NCBI GenBank assembly: GCA_965603825.1
Contig: CBFDEM010000012.1
Location: forward strand, 558,001-622,000
Origin: Blepharisma stoltei ATCC 30299
Taxonomy: Eukaryota > Protista > Ciliophora
Length of the DNA stretch: 64,000 bases
Direction of reading: 5' to 3'
The notes below the pieces were generated by a model, which made no database searches, had not been told where the DNA came from, and saw nothing but the letters and a program-made list of their open reading frames with translations. This document shows, one piece after another, positions 61,298 through 64,000 of the stretch (positions within the stretch are counted from its first letter, which is position 1; every line of letters begins with the position of its first letter). Position numbers and translations under genes: made by a program.

Positions 61298-63667
61298 ATG
61301 AACCAAACCATATCACCTTTTGAGGTTTATATCAGAATTCGGCCACTTTCAGAAACAGAGCAGAGCTTCCCAAGGGTAAAATCATCAAAAATTGTGACAA
61401 CAAACCAAGGCAGTATATCAAATGATCTTTGGCTACAAGATCCAAGTTTTACAACTAAAAGGTATGCTTTTGATGGAGTTTTTAATGAAGATTGCAACAA
61501 TAAAGAAGTTTATGATTTCGCTATTGAAAAACTCATTGAAAGCTTGTCAAATGGCTATAATGCCACTTGCTTTGCATATGGAAACACAGGTGCTGGCAAA
61601 ACACATACAATGTTCGGCCATATCACATCTTTAAAAAACAATGAGCGCGGGATTGTTTTCCTTGCACTAGAAGGCTGCTTCAAAAGATTTTCAAGCATGT
61701 CAAAAGTTTGTCTCAAGGCTAGCTATTTAGAAATTTATAATGAAAATGTGAAAGACCTGCTCAACCCTCAAGATTCCAAAGGATTAATGATAATTGAAGA
61801 TCCCTCCAAAGGCATTTTAGTCCCTGAACTAAGAGAATTCGAGGTAGAAAACTTAGAGCAGCTTTATGATATTGTGCTAGAAGGAAATAAAAACCGAACT
61901 TTTGCCTCAACCAGCGCAAATGAGCTATCAACGAGATCTCATGCCATTTTACAGTTAAATATAGAACAGTCCCATAAAAATGAAATTATTTCTTCTAGAC
62001 TATGCATGATTGATTTAGCTGGAAGCGAAAGAGGAGCTTCAACTGATAACAAAGGACAAAGAATGGTAGAAGGCGCCATGATAAATAAGTCTTTATTAGC
62101 ACTCGGGAACTGTATTAATATTTTGAGCGACGATAAGAAAAAAGGAAGATATGTCCCTTATAGAGATTCTAAACTAACAAGGCTACTTAAAGACTCTTTA
62201 GGCGGAAATACCAGGACAACCATGATTGCTTGTATAATCCCTGCCGCATTTGCATATGAAGACACCTATCATACTTTGAAATACGCCCAAAGAGTCAAGC
62301 TTATAAGCACAAAGGTAAGTAAAACCATAAAAGAAGTTCAGTATGACTATAAAGATATTATTAATAGCTTAAGATCAGAAATAGAAACTTTGAAAATCCA
62401 GCTTAAAAGGCAAGAAGACCAAAACAGCTATCAAGATTTAAGTATTGAAGACGAAAAAGATGAAGAAAAATATAAAAATTTATCAAGATTACTGAGGACG
62501 AATTTTGAAGAGCATTGGGAGCTAAAACAAAGCATAAAAGAAATTGAAGCCCTTAATGAGCAGAATAGGACAAGGTTAAAGTATTTGGTAGAAAGAATTG
62601 AAGCAGAAAATAATGATAAAGAAATATGTATTTTTGAAGATTTAAAAAATGAGCTACAATTAGTACAAGAAAATATAAGAGAAAACGAGGAAAACAGAAA
62701 TGAGCTATTGCAGGCGATGTATGCAAATATGAAACAGAAACAGACGCTTCAAAAAGAAATGGGAAATGTTAAAGACAGCAAAAAACGAGATCTTTTAGAA
62801 TTACAAATTGCTGTTAGAACTTTAAAACTAGAAAAATTAGATTTACATATGCAGAATCTAGAGCTGCAAAAAAAAGCTGAAGAGTCTGAAAAAATCAGTG
62901 AAGAAAAAGACAAAATTATTCAAGAAATGAAAAAAGAAATAGATAATATGAAACGGCGAATAAAATCGCGACAAAATTCATTGCTACCTCTACAAGAACT
63001 AGAAATGAATGAAGAAAACTTAAAACCTGATAATCTTTATGACAGCTTAGGAGACACAATAAGAGTAATTCCTACAAAATTGTCAAATCCTTCACCTAAG
63101 GTTACAAAATGGAATGAAATCAAAATTTCCCATCTTTCTGAAGCAAGGAATTTAAGAAAATCAGGAAGCAAAAATTTAGAGACAACGTCAAAGGCCACTG
63201 CATTTTTAGAGGAATATAAAACAGTAAAAGATCATGAAGTATATGAAGAAATCAATGATTTGACTAAGGTAAGATCAAGCTCTGTGTTGCCGAAAAATAA
63301 AATTAATTATCAAAATAGTGAAGAGGAGAAAACACCGAGGTATAATGCATTTGGAAAAAATAAAATTTCTACTAAAAAAGGAGCTTTTAGCCTATTGTAT
63401 CCATCAATCCCTCGGTCTATATCTCTTGCAAGATCTAATAGCACAAAAACAAGGAAGCAGCCATATAGCTCACAAAGAGGATATAAGCCTTCTTTAGAAA
63501 GAGCAGTCAGCAGAGAATACTCACCATCACCAAATAAAAATGATGAAAATAATCCTGCAAAGCTGCAGCAAAATATAAGAGATGCGACAAGACAGCTGAT
63601 TCCAAACAAAACGACAAATTTAATCAGAAAACTGGTAAGCTCAAAATTGATCCCAAGAGCGAAATAA
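61298..63667 (+). CDS. Kinesin, probably kinesin-8 (KIF18/19-like)
   Basis: GNTGAGKT, RSHA, DLAGSER, INKSLLALGNCIN, VPYRDSKLTRLLKDSLGGN. Confidence 0.92.
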   Translation: MNQTISPFEVYIRIRPLSETEQSFPRVKSSKIVTTNQGSISNDLWLQDPSFTTKRYAFDGVFNEDCNNKEVYDFAIEKLIESLSNGYNATCFAYGNTGAGKTHTMFGHITSLKNNERGIVFLALEGCFKRFSSMSKVCLKASYLEIYNENVKDLLNPQDSKGLMIIEDPSKGILVPELREFEVENLEQLYDIVLEGNKNRTFASTSANELSTRSHAILQLNIEQSHKNEIISSRLCMIDLAGSERGASTDNKGQRMVEGAMINKSLLALGNCINILSDDKKKGRYVPYRDSKLTRLLKDSLGGNTRTTMIACIIPAAFAYEDTYHTLKYAQRVKLISTKVSKTIKEVQYDYKDIINSLRSEIETLKIQLKRQEDQNSYQDLSIEDEKDEEKYKNLSRLLRTNFEEHWELKQSIKEIEALNEQNRTRLKYLVERIEAENNDKEICIFEDLKNELQLVQENIRENEENRNELLQAMYANMKQKQTLQKEMGNVKDSKKRDLLELQIAVRTLKLEKLDLHMQNLELQKKAEESEKISEEKDKIIQEMKKEIDNMKRRIKSRQNSLLPLQELEMNEENLKPDNLYDSLGDTIRVIPTKLSNPSPKVTKWNEIKISHLSEARNLRKSGSKNLETTSKATAFLEEYKTVKDHEVYEEINDLTKVRSSSVLPKNKINYQNSEEEKTPRYNAFGKNKISTKKGAFSLLYPSIPRSISLARSNSTKTRKQPYSSQRGYKPSLERAVSREYSPSPNKNDENNPAKLQQNIRDATRQLIPNKTTNLIRKLVSSKLIPRAK

Positions 63668-64000
63668 TTTTTCTAAATAATTGGTGTAGAATATCCAAAT
63701 TCACTTTATACTATATTTATTAAATAATTAAAGACTAAACCTTACGTTTCTACTAAACTCTTGACCTGATAAACAGTAATTTCTATTAAATATAATTAAA
63801 AATAAATCCTTTATTTAATTTCCTGCTAAGTCTATGCATACTAAGGAAGATTATTTTCTTTTCATTAGCCACCAAAAATTCCTAAAATTATTTTAACTTA
63901 TTCCTCCATCCAAAATTTTCTTATAAATGGAGGATCAGAGTATTTCTCTCGTCCAAAAGCAGCTCTCCTCAGCTATCGAACTGCTTCAGTCTTTCCAAAG

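Noticed and set aside
467-63609. Many short antisense or alternate-frame ORFs in the track
   Set aside because: Shadows of real genes with TTG/GTG starts and no motifs.
1-64000. CRISPR arrays, rRNA, transposase or reverse transcriptase genes
   Set aside because: No repeat-spacer pattern, rRNA-like sequence or DDE/RT motifs seen.

Overview
This is AT-rich, extremely gene-dense eukaryotic DNA that looks like the somatic (macronuclear) genome of a heterotrich ciliate, most likely Blepharisma or a close relative (inferred from code and intron size). Two rules explain the fragmented ORF track: TGA is read as Trp (only TAA/TAG stop), and spliceosomal introns are 15-16 nt (GTA...AG with A at position 10; 13 found). 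Applying them gives about 37 protein genes and one tRNA-Val(UAC). The genes include two CDPKs (one a pseudokinase), RIO1, CK1, kinesin-8, uL15, an EngB GTPase, DRAP1/NC2-alpha, a cytosolic carboxypeptidase, three tandem short-chain acyl-CoA synthetases, an Fe/Mn SOD, deoxyhypusine synthase and a peroxisomal SDR. The best unexplained items are a 165-nt intergenic fold-back (34767-34931) resembling a small-RNA precursor, two more GC-richer structured non-coding islands, a chemoreceptor-like TM-sensor-TM-HAMP-TPR-VWA protein abutting the CDPK pseudokinase with 0 nt between stops, and two genes 1 nt apart that a candidate 16-nt intron would fuse in frame. All assignments were made by eye without database searches.
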